Virus record (IMG/VR): IMGVR_UViG_3300025759_000081
Coordinates: 2,558-66,557 of that record
DNA: 64,000 nucleotides
Origin: a virus
Strand: one strand, 5' to 3'
A program made the position numbers and the translations under genes. Of this stretch, positions 16,663 through 24,612 are shown in pieces (the first letter of the stretch is position 1; each line of letters opens with the position of its first letter). The notes under the pieces are model-generated. The model saw nothing but the letters and a program-made list of their open reading frames with translations, was not told where the DNA came from and ran no database searches.

Positions 16663-17151
16663 ATGACTTTAGACACTTACCCAATGAAAATGTTCAAAAC
16701 ATTTATTAATGAAGTATTAAATAAGCCCTATCCTTATTCTGCAATAAAAAAGTGGAGTGATCCTACTGCAGACAAAGCGTATAGATCTTATTTTGAAACT
16801 GATGATGGTTCAGAGATTGATGTTTTATTTACAGGCAAGGAACATATGGATGACTATGATCATCTTGACTGGGAGATAGAATTCAAGCGAAATGGATCTC
16901 TTGAAGTCACAGGTGAAGGTGATGCTCTGCGTATTATTGCAACTGTGATGAAGATAGTAAGAGATTTTATCAAGCTTGAAAATCCAAAATATATGAATCT
17001 AATGGCAGCAAAGCCTAAAGGCTCTAATAAAAAACTATCTGGTCGAGAGCGTCTTTATAGCCGATTGATACAAAAAGAAGTCGGTAGTAAATATAAGGTA
17101 CGGGTTGATAATAGTTCGTCTGGAACTGCCTGGAATATAGAAAAAAAGTAA
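16663..17151 (+). CDS. Hypothetical late protein, possible head-internal protein (likely start 16684)
   Basis: Follows a late promoter. An internal ATG at 16684 gives MKMFKTFINE, resembling a T4 capsid-targeting sequence. Confidence 0.65.
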   Translation: MTLDTYPMKMFKTFINEVLNKPYPYSAIKKWSDPTADKAYRSYFETDDGSEIDVLFTGKEHMDDYDHLDWEIEFKRNGSLEVTGEGDALRIIATVMKIVRDFIKLENPKYMNLMAAKPKGSNKKLSGRERLYSRLIQKEVGSKYKVRVDNSSSGTAWNIEKK

Positions 17152-17219
17152 CAAAATTATAATTGGCATCACAACAGTAGCTACATACTTAAAATTTTAG
17201 TAGTTAAACCAAAAAACAG

Positions 17220-17248
17220 TTGACATTTTGCCTACACTATGGTAGAAT
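17220..17248 (+). promoter_or_regulatory. Early promoter for the gp45 operon
   Basis: TTGACA (17220-17225), 17 bp, TAGAAT (17243-17248) with TGG. Confidence 0.82.
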
Positions 17249-17280
17249 AGCACTTGATTATGACAGGAGAAACTTATATT

Positions 17281-17946
17281 ATGAAATTCAGTGATTCAAC
17301 TCTTACTGTGCTTAAGAGTTTTTCGACAATCAATCGGTCGATACAACTCCAGCCGGGTAACACACTTAAAACTATTACCCCCGAAAAGACATTAATTGCT
17401 ACAGCTAAAATTGGAGATGAAATTCCCTCTGAAGCTTGCATTTATGATCTTTCAAGATTTTTATCGATTTTATCTTTATATTCTAATCCAGACGTGGAAT
17501 TTCATGATAAATACTTTACTATATCTGAGGGAAAGCGTAAGACGAAATATGTTTACGCTGACATTTCAATGATTCATGTGCCTCCTCAAAAGGATATTCA
17601 TATCCCTGAAGAAGATGTTGTTGTTGATGTCAAGTGGGATGATCTTCAATCTGTAGTAAAAGCAGCTGGAGTCCTTCAGTTTAGTGAGATAGCATTCGTT
17701 GGTACCGACGGTAAATGTTATCTCAAAGCAATCTCATCTGAGCAAGAAGGTGCCGATGATTACGGTATCGAAATTGGTGAGACTGCTGATGAGTTTAAGA
17801 TTATTATTAAAACTGATAATCTCAAGCTCTTGCCTCAAGATTATAGAGTTGCCTTATGCTCAAAGGGTATTTCAGAATTTCGAGGCGAACAAGCTAGCTA
17901 CTTTGTAGCTATTGATTCTAAGTCGACTTACACAAAAGGAAGTTAA
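17281..17946 (+). CDS. 45: gp45 sliding clamp
   Basis: MKFSDSTLTVLKSFSTIN.SI....GN, IYDLSRFLSILSL and KTDNLKLLP.DY.V. SD AGGAG precedes the ATG at 17281. Confidence 0.93.
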   Translation: MKFSDSTLTVLKSFSTINRSIQLQPGNTLKTITPEKTLIATAKIGDEIPSEACIYDLSRFLSILSLYSNPDVEFHDKYFTISEGKRKTKYVYADISMIHVPPQKDIHIPEEDVVVDVKWDDLQSVVKAAGVLQFSEIAFVGTDGKCYLKAISSEQEGADDYGIEIGETADEFKIIIKTDNLKLLPQDYRVALCSKGISEFRGEQASYFVAIDSKSTYTKGS

Positions 17947-17948
17947 TT

Positions 17949-18230
17949 ATGAGTGAAATGGAAATGGGCCAACAACAGGCCGAACCGGTAAGCGTTACTC
18001 TGAACGATATCGCATCAATTGTACAAATCATTGATGTTGTATCGCGTCGTGGTGGTATCCAAGGTAACGAAATGGCAGGAGTAGGTATGCTCCGTAACAA
18101 ATTGGAAACTTTTCTTCAGCAGAATATGCCTGAAGGGATGGGCCAGCAAGCACAAGCAGACGCTGCTGCAACTCCAGTTGATGTTGAATCACCACTTGAA
18201 GGTGAACTTGCAGGTAGGGTTGTACAATAA
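17949..18230 (+). CDS. Hypothetical protein
   Basis: 93 aa, 2 nt after gp45, followed by a terminator. Confidence 0.7.
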   Translation: MSEMEMGQQQAEPVSVTLNDIASIVQIIDVVSRRGGIQGNEMAGVGMLRNKLETFLQQNMPEGMGQQAQADAAATPVDVESPLEGELAGRVVQ

Positions 18231-18242
18231 TTCTATCTCTGC

Positions 18243-18270
18243 AGAGGGGACTATGAGTCCCCTCTTTTTT
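18243..18270 (+). terminator. Rho-independent terminator
   Basis: AGAGGGGAC-tatga-GTCCCCTCT stem followed by a T run. Confidence 0.85.
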
Positions 18271-18295
18271 ATATTATGATTAAGGTGAATATATT

Positions 18296-19246
18296 ATGGT
18301 GGATGTTAAATCCAACGAAGTTCTGTGGGTCGAGAAATACCGACCACAAAAAATTGATGATACGATCCTTCCCGAAAAAACAAAAGCAATGTTCAAAAAG
18401 TTTGTTGCTGATGACAGTGTTCCAAACCTTCTTTTAACCGGTGGTCCAGGTGTAGGTAAAACTACGATTGCAAAAGCAATGCTAGAAGAACTTGGTTGTG
18501 ATTACATAGTCAAAAACGGCTCTCTTAACGTTAATATTGATTCAATCAGATATGATATTTCTACGTTTGCTTCTGCAGTATCTTTAACAGGCGGAAGAAA
18601 ATATGTAATCTTTGATGAAGCAGATTATTTGAATGCTGCAAACGTACAACCGGCTCTACGTAACTTTATCGAAGAATACTCTTCTAATTGTGGATTTATT
18701 TTTACGTGCAACTTTAAGAATAGAATCATTGAGCCTCTTCGTTCTCGTTTATCTGAGGTTGATTTTACGATTGAACAAACAGATAGACCTCAACTTGCAA
18801 TGCAATTCTTCAAGCGAGTCAATCTCATTCTTCAAAACGAAAGTGTTGATTTCGATAAAAAAGTTGTTGCTAAAGTAATTGAAAAACATTTTCCTGATTT
18901 TCGTAGGGTATTGACTGAGTTACAATCGTACTCAGCAACCGGTACAATCGATGAAGGTATCTTTATCAATTTACGAGAAGAATCTATCGATGAACTTTTT
19001 AATCATCTCAAAGGTAAAGACTTTACCAACATGAGAAAATGGGTTGCTAAAAACTCTGATCAAGATATGAATGAAATGTTTCGTCGTATCTATGACGCTG
19101 CTACAGATAAAATAGAGTTTAGAACCTTACCCGGTTTTTGTGTTACGCTTGCAGATTATATGTACAAATCAAGTTTTGTTGCTGATCCTGAAATTAACAT
19201 GGTTGCGTTTTTGACTGAAGTAATGATTGAATCGGAGTACAAATAA
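18296..19246 (+). CDS. 44: gp44 clamp loader AAA+ subunit
   Basis: LWVEKYRP, GGPGVGKTT, IFDEAD, LRSR (SRC-like) and FPDFRR. Confidence 0.96.
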   Translation: MVDVKSNEVLWVEKYRPQKIDDTILPEKTKAMFKKFVADDSVPNLLLTGGPGVGKTTIAKAMLEELGCDYIVKNGSLNVNIDSIRYDISTFASAVSLTGGRKYVIFDEADYLNAANVQPALRNFIEEYSSNCGFIFTCNFKNRIIEPLRSRLSEVDFTIEQTDRPQLAMQFFKRVNLILQNESVDFDKKVVAKVIEKHFPDFRRVLTELQSYSATGTIDEGIFINLREESIDELFNHLKGKDFTNMRKWVAKNSDQDMNEMFRRIYDAATDKIEFRTLPGFCVTLADYMYKSSFVADPEINMVAFLTEVMIESEYK

Positions 19247-19434
19247 TGATTTTAAATCTTAAATGTTTTAATTGTTCAAAGAAACTCAAAGGTGAACTCG
19301 ATACTTATACGGTTACTATGAATACTTTAGAAGGAAAACATAAAGTAAAAATGTGTAGTAATTGCGCCATGCAACTTGATGACATCTTAAAAAATATCGA
19401 GGATATTCATAATGAAGGATCTGAGCCCATTTGA
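19246..19434 (+). CDS. Small putative Zn-binding protein
   Basis: 62 aa with CFNC and CSNC pairs; overlaps both the gp44 stop and the gp62 start. Confidence 0.6.
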   Translation: MILNLKCFNCSKKLKGELDTYTVTMNTLEGKHKVKMCSNCAMQLDDILKNIEDIHNEGSEPI

Positions 19435-19807
19435 TTTTATGAATGCTGCTTCTTTTTCAAAAGAAGATCTCATACATGATAGCGAATATCCAGAACTAAT
19501 TGAAAAGCAATATAACCCATACATTGTAAATCGTGGGTTTACTAATTTTGAAGATACGATACTACACGCAAATGAAATGAATCGGTGTCATCATCTTTTC
19601 CCAGCTGCTCAGTTTGATTATTATCGTTCTGTTTTGAGAAAAAGAAAAAGATTTAGTAAATGGCCAAAAGCAGATAAGGACCAAAAGCTCGACACTATAC
19701 AACAAATCTATTCATGTAACCGTACAGTTGCTAAACTTTTAGCAAAAGCTCTTACAGAAAAAGATATGAAATGCCTATATAGTAAAATGGAAAAGGGTGG
19801 AAACTAA
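19412..19807 (+). CDS. 62: gp62 clamp loader small subunit
   Basis: LSPFDF, YNPYIVNRG, LHANEMN, QFDYY and RKRKRFSKWPK; lies between gp44 and regA. Confidence 0.9.
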   Translation: MKDLSPFDFMNAASFSKEDLIHDSEYPELIEKQYNPYIVNRGFTNFEDTILHANEMNRCHHLFPAAQFDYYRSVLRKRKRFSKWPKADKDQKLDTIQQIYSCNRTVAKLLAKALTEKDMKCLYSKMEKGGN

Positions 19808-19875
19808 GATTTAAATAAATAAATCTATGTAACTTTGTCATGTTACCCACTAAGAATTTATAATAAAGGCGTTTT

Positions 19876-20277
19876 ATGGAAGAGGATATTTTTAAAGGTG
19901 TGGGCGTTGAAATACGTTTACCTACCCAAGATAGTTTCTTAAAAATTAAAGAAACTCTTACCCGTATTGGGATTAGTTCAAGGAAAGAAAAAAAGCTCTA
20001 TCAGTCTTGTCATATCTTACACAAAAAAGGTAGATATTCGATTTTACATTTTAAAGAGTTGTTTATTCTCGATGGCAAGAAGAATACGTTTACTGAAGAA
20101 GATAAGGCTCGTAGAAATACTATTGTGAATCTTTTAGAAGAATGGGAGTTAATTGAAATTATTGATAAAAACCAAACAGAAGATCCAATAGCATCGTTAA
20201 ATCAAATTAAAATCATTCCTTTTAAAGATAAAGAAAATTGGGATCTAGCAGTAAAGTATAATATAGGGAAAAAGTGA
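19876..20277 (+). CDS. regA: RegA translational repressor
   Basis: FLKIKETLTRIGISSRKEKKLYQSCHILHK.GRY.ILHFKELF.LDG and W.L..KY.IG. Confidence 0.96.
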   Translation: MEEDIFKGVGVEIRLPTQDSFLKIKETLTRIGISSRKEKKLYQSCHILHKKGRYSILHFKELFILDGKKNTFTEEDKARRNTIVNLLEEWELIEIIDKNQTEDPIASLNQIKIIPFKDKENWDLAVKYNIGKK

Positions 20278-20897
20278 ATAAGTATATCATTCCGCCCGCG
20301 GAAAGAGATATGCTTCCCGATGATATTCATGGTTTAACAGTTTTAGATTTTGGTGCCAAAGCAAATCCGCGTGGCACTTATCGGGAAGAATATCTTAATT
20401 TATATAATGTGAGGGAATATCATTGTGTTGATATTCAAGCTATACATGGTTCTCATGTAGTAGATTTAAGATCAGAAACTGCTGCAAAGAGAATACAGGA
20501 ATTGACAGGTCATAAAACTTTTGATTTATTATGTAACGTTGGCACAAGTGAACACGTTTCGATTCAAAGAACATTCTATCAAGCTGTGCATAAACTTGCT
20601 CATCCTGGCAGTTACATTTTTCATTGGACTCCAATGGCTGAGAAAATGTTATGGCATGGTGCCCACGGTTCTCTATGGCACTGTCAACCAGAATTTTTTG
20701 AATGGTTGGCAAATAGAAACGGATATGAAATTGTTAAGAGAGCTTTTCCTCGAAATGAAGTTTCTGCTGTATTATATAAGGTAAAAGAAAAAAAAGATTT
20801 TCAATGGCATCCAGCTTGGACGGATACTTTTTGGAAGAATCCAAATTACGTTGATTTTGACAACATTAATGCACATAAACAAAAGGCTATACTATGA
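20274..20897 (+). CDS. Class I SAM-dependent methyltransferase-like protein
   Basis: VLDFGA (motif I-like), VDIQ, VVDL and FDLLCNVGTSEHV. GTGA overlap with regA. Confidence 0.6.
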   Translation: MNKYIIPPAERDMLPDDIHGLTVLDFGAKANPRGTYREEYLNLYNVREYHCVDIQAIHGSHVVDLRSETAAKRIQELTGHKTFDLLCNVGTSEHVSIQRTFYQAVHKLAHPGSYIFHWTPMAEKMLWHGAHGSLWHCQPEFFEWLANRNGYEIVKRAFPRNEVSAVLYKVKEKKDFQWHPAWTDTFWKNPNYVDFDNINAHKQKAIL

Positions 20898-21343
20898 AAT
20901 TTATTATTGAATCAGAAAGAGCGGTCGATCCTAAATTAGATTCTTGGAATTTTATTGATTTTGCACCAGTGTTTGGAGCAGGCCAAAGAATGTCGGCCTA
21001 CAACGCTTGGAACAAAGAATTTCCCATTGTTTCTAAAACGACTCGTAATGCTCCTAGCTTGCACTTACCACCAGAAACTCGGATGGCCTTGCCTACTGGC
21101 ATTGTTGTTGAAGATTTACCAGAAGATCATATATTAGAAGTGTCAGTTATTTCATCGGCTACGATGCAAATGGGTATACATTGCCCTGCTCCTTTACGAG
21201 TAATGAATGGAGAGCCTATTTTTATTAATGTACATAATATATCAGATACTCTGGTACAAATCACTTCTGGGGCATATCTAGGCCTAGGAAGGTTAATTCA
21301 TGTACCAAAAGATGAAGTACTTTCTGTAAAATCGTATAAATAA
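20894..21343 (+). CDS. Degenerate trimeric dUTPase-fold protein
   Basis: LPPETRMALPTGI.V..P..H...V...SS...MGI and IFINVHN....VQITSG follow the dUTPase pattern, but the RS and G.ID.DY.G catalytic motifs are absent. Confidence 0.45.
   Translation: MKFIIESERAVDPKLDSWNFIDFAPVFGAGQRMSAYNAWNKEFPIVSKTTRNAPSLHLPPETRMALPTGIVVEDLPEDHILEVSVISSATMQMGIHCPAPLRVMNGEPIFINVHNISDTLVQITSGAYLGLGRLIHVPKDEVLSVKSYK
21335..21342 (+). promoter_or_regulatory. Late promoter TATAAATA upstream of hsp20
   Basis: Exact consensus overlapping the upstream stop. Confidence 0.7.
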
Positions 21344-21347
21344 AAAT

Positions 21348-21417
21348 TGAGATGCCGTAAGGGTCTCATTTAACCGCCGGGCTGTTGCCGGCATACTTAA
21401 TCTTGCTTAAAAGGAGA
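21348..21417 (+). promoter_or_regulatory. Structured 5' UTR, ROSE-like RNA thermometer
   Basis: Three hairpins: 21348-21368 (GUAA loop), 21376-21392 (GCCGG/CCGGC), and 21401-21417 UCUUGCUU-AA-AAGGAGA, where UUGCU pairs with the SD leaving a bulged G. Confidence 0.65.
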
Positions 21418-21424
21418 TGAAGCA

Positions 21425-21907
21425 ATGACTCGATTTAACCTTAATACGTTAACCCCCTATTCCGTTGGTTTTGACCGCGTGTTCGACAGGCTTATGGAGC
21501 TTGAGCACGGGCCCAACGGCCATCCTAATAATCAAGGGTTTCCCCCTTATAACATACGCAGATCTGAAGATGAGTTCTTCATCGACATTGCGTTAGCAGG
21601 TGTAGCACCTGAAGATATCGACATTGAACACAAAGAAAACATTTTAACTGTCAAATCAAACTGGGCAGAAAATAATGATCATTTCTCTGATGCTGCTGGC
21701 GAATATCTGCATCGTGGTATTTCAAGAAAAAAATTCACACGTAAATTTACTCTCACAGATGATATTGAAGTAAGAGGTGCTGACTTTATAAATGGTCTTT
21801 TAACTATCTCATTGGAAAGAATTATTCCCGAAGAAAAAAGACCAAAGAAAATTGCTATTAATTCTACCCCAAAGAAAAAGGGGAAAAAAGAATTATTAAT
21901 TGATTAA
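21425..21907 (+). CDS. hsp20: Small heat shock protein Hsp20 (IbpA-like)
   Basis: GFDRVF, FPPYNI, IALAG, YLHRGIS.KKF.R.F.L and A...NGLL.I.L. Confidence 0.95.
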   Translation: MTRFNLNTLTPYSVGFDRVFDRLMELEHGPNGHPNNQGFPPYNIRRSEDEFFIDIALAGVAPEDIDIEHKENILTVKSNWAENNDHFSDAAGEYLHRGISRKKFTRKFTLTDDIEVRGADFINGLLTISLERIIPEEKRPKKIAINSTPKKKGKKELLID

Positions 21908-21924
21908 TTGAAGGAGATTATATT

Positions 21925-22506
21925 ATGTCAAGCATTAATGGTAAAATTTTACCAGACGTAGTTTTTAAAACTCGTGTACGTGATGAGTCAATTAGTGGTG
22001 ACAACCCATATCGTTGGGAAGATGTAACAACAGAAGATCTTTTTGGAAAAAAAAGAATTGTTGTGTTTAGTCTTCCTGGCGCGTTTACTCCTACTTGCTC
22101 AACCTTTCAAGTACCTGGTTTCGAAGAAGCATACGAAGAAATTAAGTCAAATTTCGTAGATGATATCTATTGTGTCTCAGTTAACGACGCATTTGTCATG
22201 AACGCTTGGGCGAAAGCACAGGGCGTCAAAAACATTAAAATGGTACCTGACGGCTCTGGAAAATTCACCGAAGCACTTGGAATGCTCGTTGATAAAGACA
22301 ATCTTGGATTTGGTAAAAGATCTTGGAGATACGCCGCTGTTATTACAGACAGCGTTGTCGAAAAAGAATTCGTAGAGCCAGGATTTATGGATAATTGTCC
22401 AGAAGATCCTTATGGTGAAACAAGTCCAGAAACGGTGTTGACTTATTTAAAAGAAGTTGCTTTTCGTTTCGAAGCTAAAAGCAAAGAAGGTGAAAAAGCT
22501 GCGTGA
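21925..22506 (+). CDS. Peroxiredoxin (Prx5/AhpC-like)
   Basis: VFSLPGAFTPTCS peroxidatic motif, CVSVNDAFVM.AW, DGSG.FT and RSWRYA. Confidence 0.92.
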   Translation: MSSINGKILPDVVFKTRVRDESISGDNPYRWEDVTTEDLFGKKRIVVFSLPGAFTPTCSTFQVPGFEEAYEEIKSNFVDDIYCVSVNDAFVMNAWAKAQGVKNIKMVPDGSGKFTEALGMLVDKDNLGFGKRSWRYAAVITDSVVEKEFVEPGFMDNCPEDPYGETSPETVLTYLKEVAFRFEAKSKEGEKAA

Positions 22507-22508
22507 AC

Positions 22509-22536
22509 AAAAAGGGACCGAAAGGTCCCTTTTTTT
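22509..22536. terminator. Bidirectional Rho-independent terminator between convergent operons
   Basis: AAAAAGGGACC-GAAA-GGTCCCTTTTTTT, with A/T runs on both sides. Confidence 0.9.
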
Positions 22537-24442
22537 AATCTGAGCCCGCAGTTAATATAAGAGTTTTAGATCTTCCACCACCGCCACCACCACCACCTAC
22601 AACACTCGATGCTATACTAGTAGTTGAGCCTTTCGAAGCATTAACATGTTGAACGCTTGTGCCACCAACCGCAGTTGAAGAATCAATGTAAGTAAATCCT
22701 TGACCTCGGCCGAGGTAAGCGGGGTGTTGCCTAGCCGTTTCGATTCGTTCCAGCATTTCAAGTGCCTGATTCTCTCTGTCAGCCAAGCGATCCAAACTAT
22801 TTTGGCCAAAAAGTGCTTTGACATTTTCAACAATACCTTTTGGCGATTCATAAATAAAATCACGTTCTGATAATTTACCTGCAGAATTGGCTATTCTGTC
22901 TTGGATAACTTGTCGAATAGTTTCAATCTCTGCTTCTAATTCTGTGTTCCTAGCAACAAATTCAGCTTCTATTTCAGCCATCTCTATTGCACTCAGATCT
23001 CTTTCATCTACAAACCCTCCACCGGGCATTGGAGTTCTAAAACTAGGACCAGATTTTTGTCTATTTGCTAACGTCTGTTTAGCCTTTGCGTATTGTTCTC
23101 CTATTTCTTGATTTGTGTCAGATTCTAATTGACTGTTATCTATTTCATCATGTTTATACGCAGCTCGTCTTTCAAGATTTGCTCGCATTTCCGGTGACAT
23201 TTCTTTACCATTGCGCGCATAGTCATCTAACATTTTTTGCGCCGCGTCACGGTCGGCTTCTTTCCTAGCTCTAGCATCTGCTTGTTCTTGTAGTCTAGCT
23301 GCTTTTTCAGCGAGGGCTTGCAGAGCTGCTTCTTCGTTTGATCTACCAATTACTTCAGCAACTTTTCTTGTTATTCCAACTGCTCCACCAATAATAAGCC
23401 CAGCAAGAGCTCCTTTAGGACCAAATAAAGAACCAAACGTAAGTGCACCTCCTGCCGCAGCTGCAAGTATACCACCAGTATCTACTACTTCACTTGCTGC
23501 AATTTCTTCAGGAGACATGTTTGCAGCTTCTGCTGCAATAAACTCTGCAATCTCATCACCATAAGCCATAACACCTACACCAGCAGCTGCTAATAATGCG
23601 CGGGCAATAGCGAATCCTTTCATTTTATTTTTGGTAGGGTTTCCATCTGGATCTGCGTCGGTTTGAGGCACTTGAGGCACAGTAGGTGGTAGACCTCCAC
23701 GATCGAAAAGTCCTCGTACAGCGCCAGATGCAACGCCAGCTGCAGCGCCACGCGCAATACCACCTGAGAGGAGATCGGCGCCTAGTCCTGCAGCGCCAAT
23801 CCCAAGTAATACTCCAGCTGGACTTTTTATGAATTCTGTAATTGCAGTAAGAGCTTCTGGAACCTTTTCAGCGAATTGAACAAAAGACGAACCAACCGCA
23901 GACCAATCAACTTTCTTAAAAGTTTCAATCATACTATCTTCAAACTCAGTGAATGCTCCATTAGATTTTTCGTCGATAAAACCTTTCACAAAATTATAAG
24001 CTAAGAACATACCACCACCAGCCATTGCAAGATTTTTCATCATATTACCACTAGGTAAAATAGATTTAAGTAAGCTAGTTACTCCACCGCTTTCTGTTTT
24101 CTCTTTTCTTGTTTTTTGAGAGGTATCTTCTGAAACTGAATTCGTTGATTCTGAAGCGTCTGGCGCGACCTGTTTAAGCGCTTCTTCGTTTTTTTGTTGT
24201 TCTAATAGCTCTTTATTCATATTACCCATTTTGTCAAAATAATCTTTTTGACCGTCAAGGGCTGTAGCTATTCGATTAAACACTCCGTCGAATTTTGCTA
24301 AATCTGCGCGAATGTTTTTTAAACTGTGGGTTCTGCCGTCGGTACGAAGTAGCTTGCCTTCTTTTTCTAGCGTATCGATGATAGCTTGAGTTTGAGGAGA
24401 CAATTGTGATTGCTCTTTTCGATCTTCTCGTTTAGATGGCAT
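22535..24442 (-). CDS. Putative tape measure / baseplate hub protein (gp29-like)
   Basis: 635 aa, helical with Gly/Ala-rich hydrophobic segments; follows gp26 and gp51. Assignment rests mainly on synteny and size. Confidence 0.55.
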   Translation of the reverse strand: MPSKREDRKEQSQLSPQTQAIIDTLEKEGKLLRTDGRTHSLKNIRADLAKFDGVFNRIATALDGQKDYFDKMGNMNKELLEQQKNEEALKQVAPDASESTNSVSEDTSQKTRKEKTESGGVTSLLKSILPSGNMMKNLAMAGGGMFLAYNFVKGFIDEKSNGAFTEFEDSMIETFKKVDWSAVGSSFVQFAEKVPEALTAITEFIKSPAGVLLGIGAAGLGADLLSGGIARGAAAGVASGAVRGLFDRGGLPPTVPQVPQTDADPDGNPTKNKMKGFAIARALLAAAGVGVMAYGDEIAEFIAAEAANMSPEEIAASEVVDTGGILAAAAGGALTFGSLFGPKGALAGLIIGGAVGITRKVAEVIGRSNEEAALQALAEKAARLQEQADARARKEADRDAAQKMLDDYARNGKEMSPEMRANLERRAAYKHDEIDNSQLESDTNQEIGEQYAKAKQTLANRQKSGPSFRTPMPGGGFVDERDLSAIEMAEIEAEFVARNTELEAEIETIRQVIQDRIANSAGKLSERDFIYESPKGIVENVKALFGQNSLDRLADRENQALEMLERIETARQHPAYLGRGQGFTYIDSSTAVGGTSVQHVNASKGSTTSIASSVVGGGGGGGGRSKTLILTAGSD

Positions 24443-24444
24443 TT

Positions 24445-24612
24445 TTATTTGCTCTTTTCGTTTTGTTCTTCTATAAAGTTAATTAGCATTTTAAAATAAA
24501 GATCACGTTCATAAGGCATTAAACTTTCTATATCACTTATTGAGTATTTATGGTGCTGTGCCAATGCGAACACAATTTGATAGTAATCGCCGAGACTAAG
24601 ATGGCACAGCAT
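24445..24612 (-). CDS. 51: gp51-like baseplate hub assembly catalyst (not in the ORF track)
   Basis: Read by hand: MLCHLSLGDYYQIVFALAQHHKYSISDIESLMPYERDLYFKMLINFIEEQNEKSK (55 aa). Its ATG overlaps the gp26 stop (TAATG). Confidence 0.8.
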   Translation of the reverse strand: MLCHLSLGDYYQIVFALAQHHKYSISDIESLMPYERDLYFKMLINFIEEQNEKSK

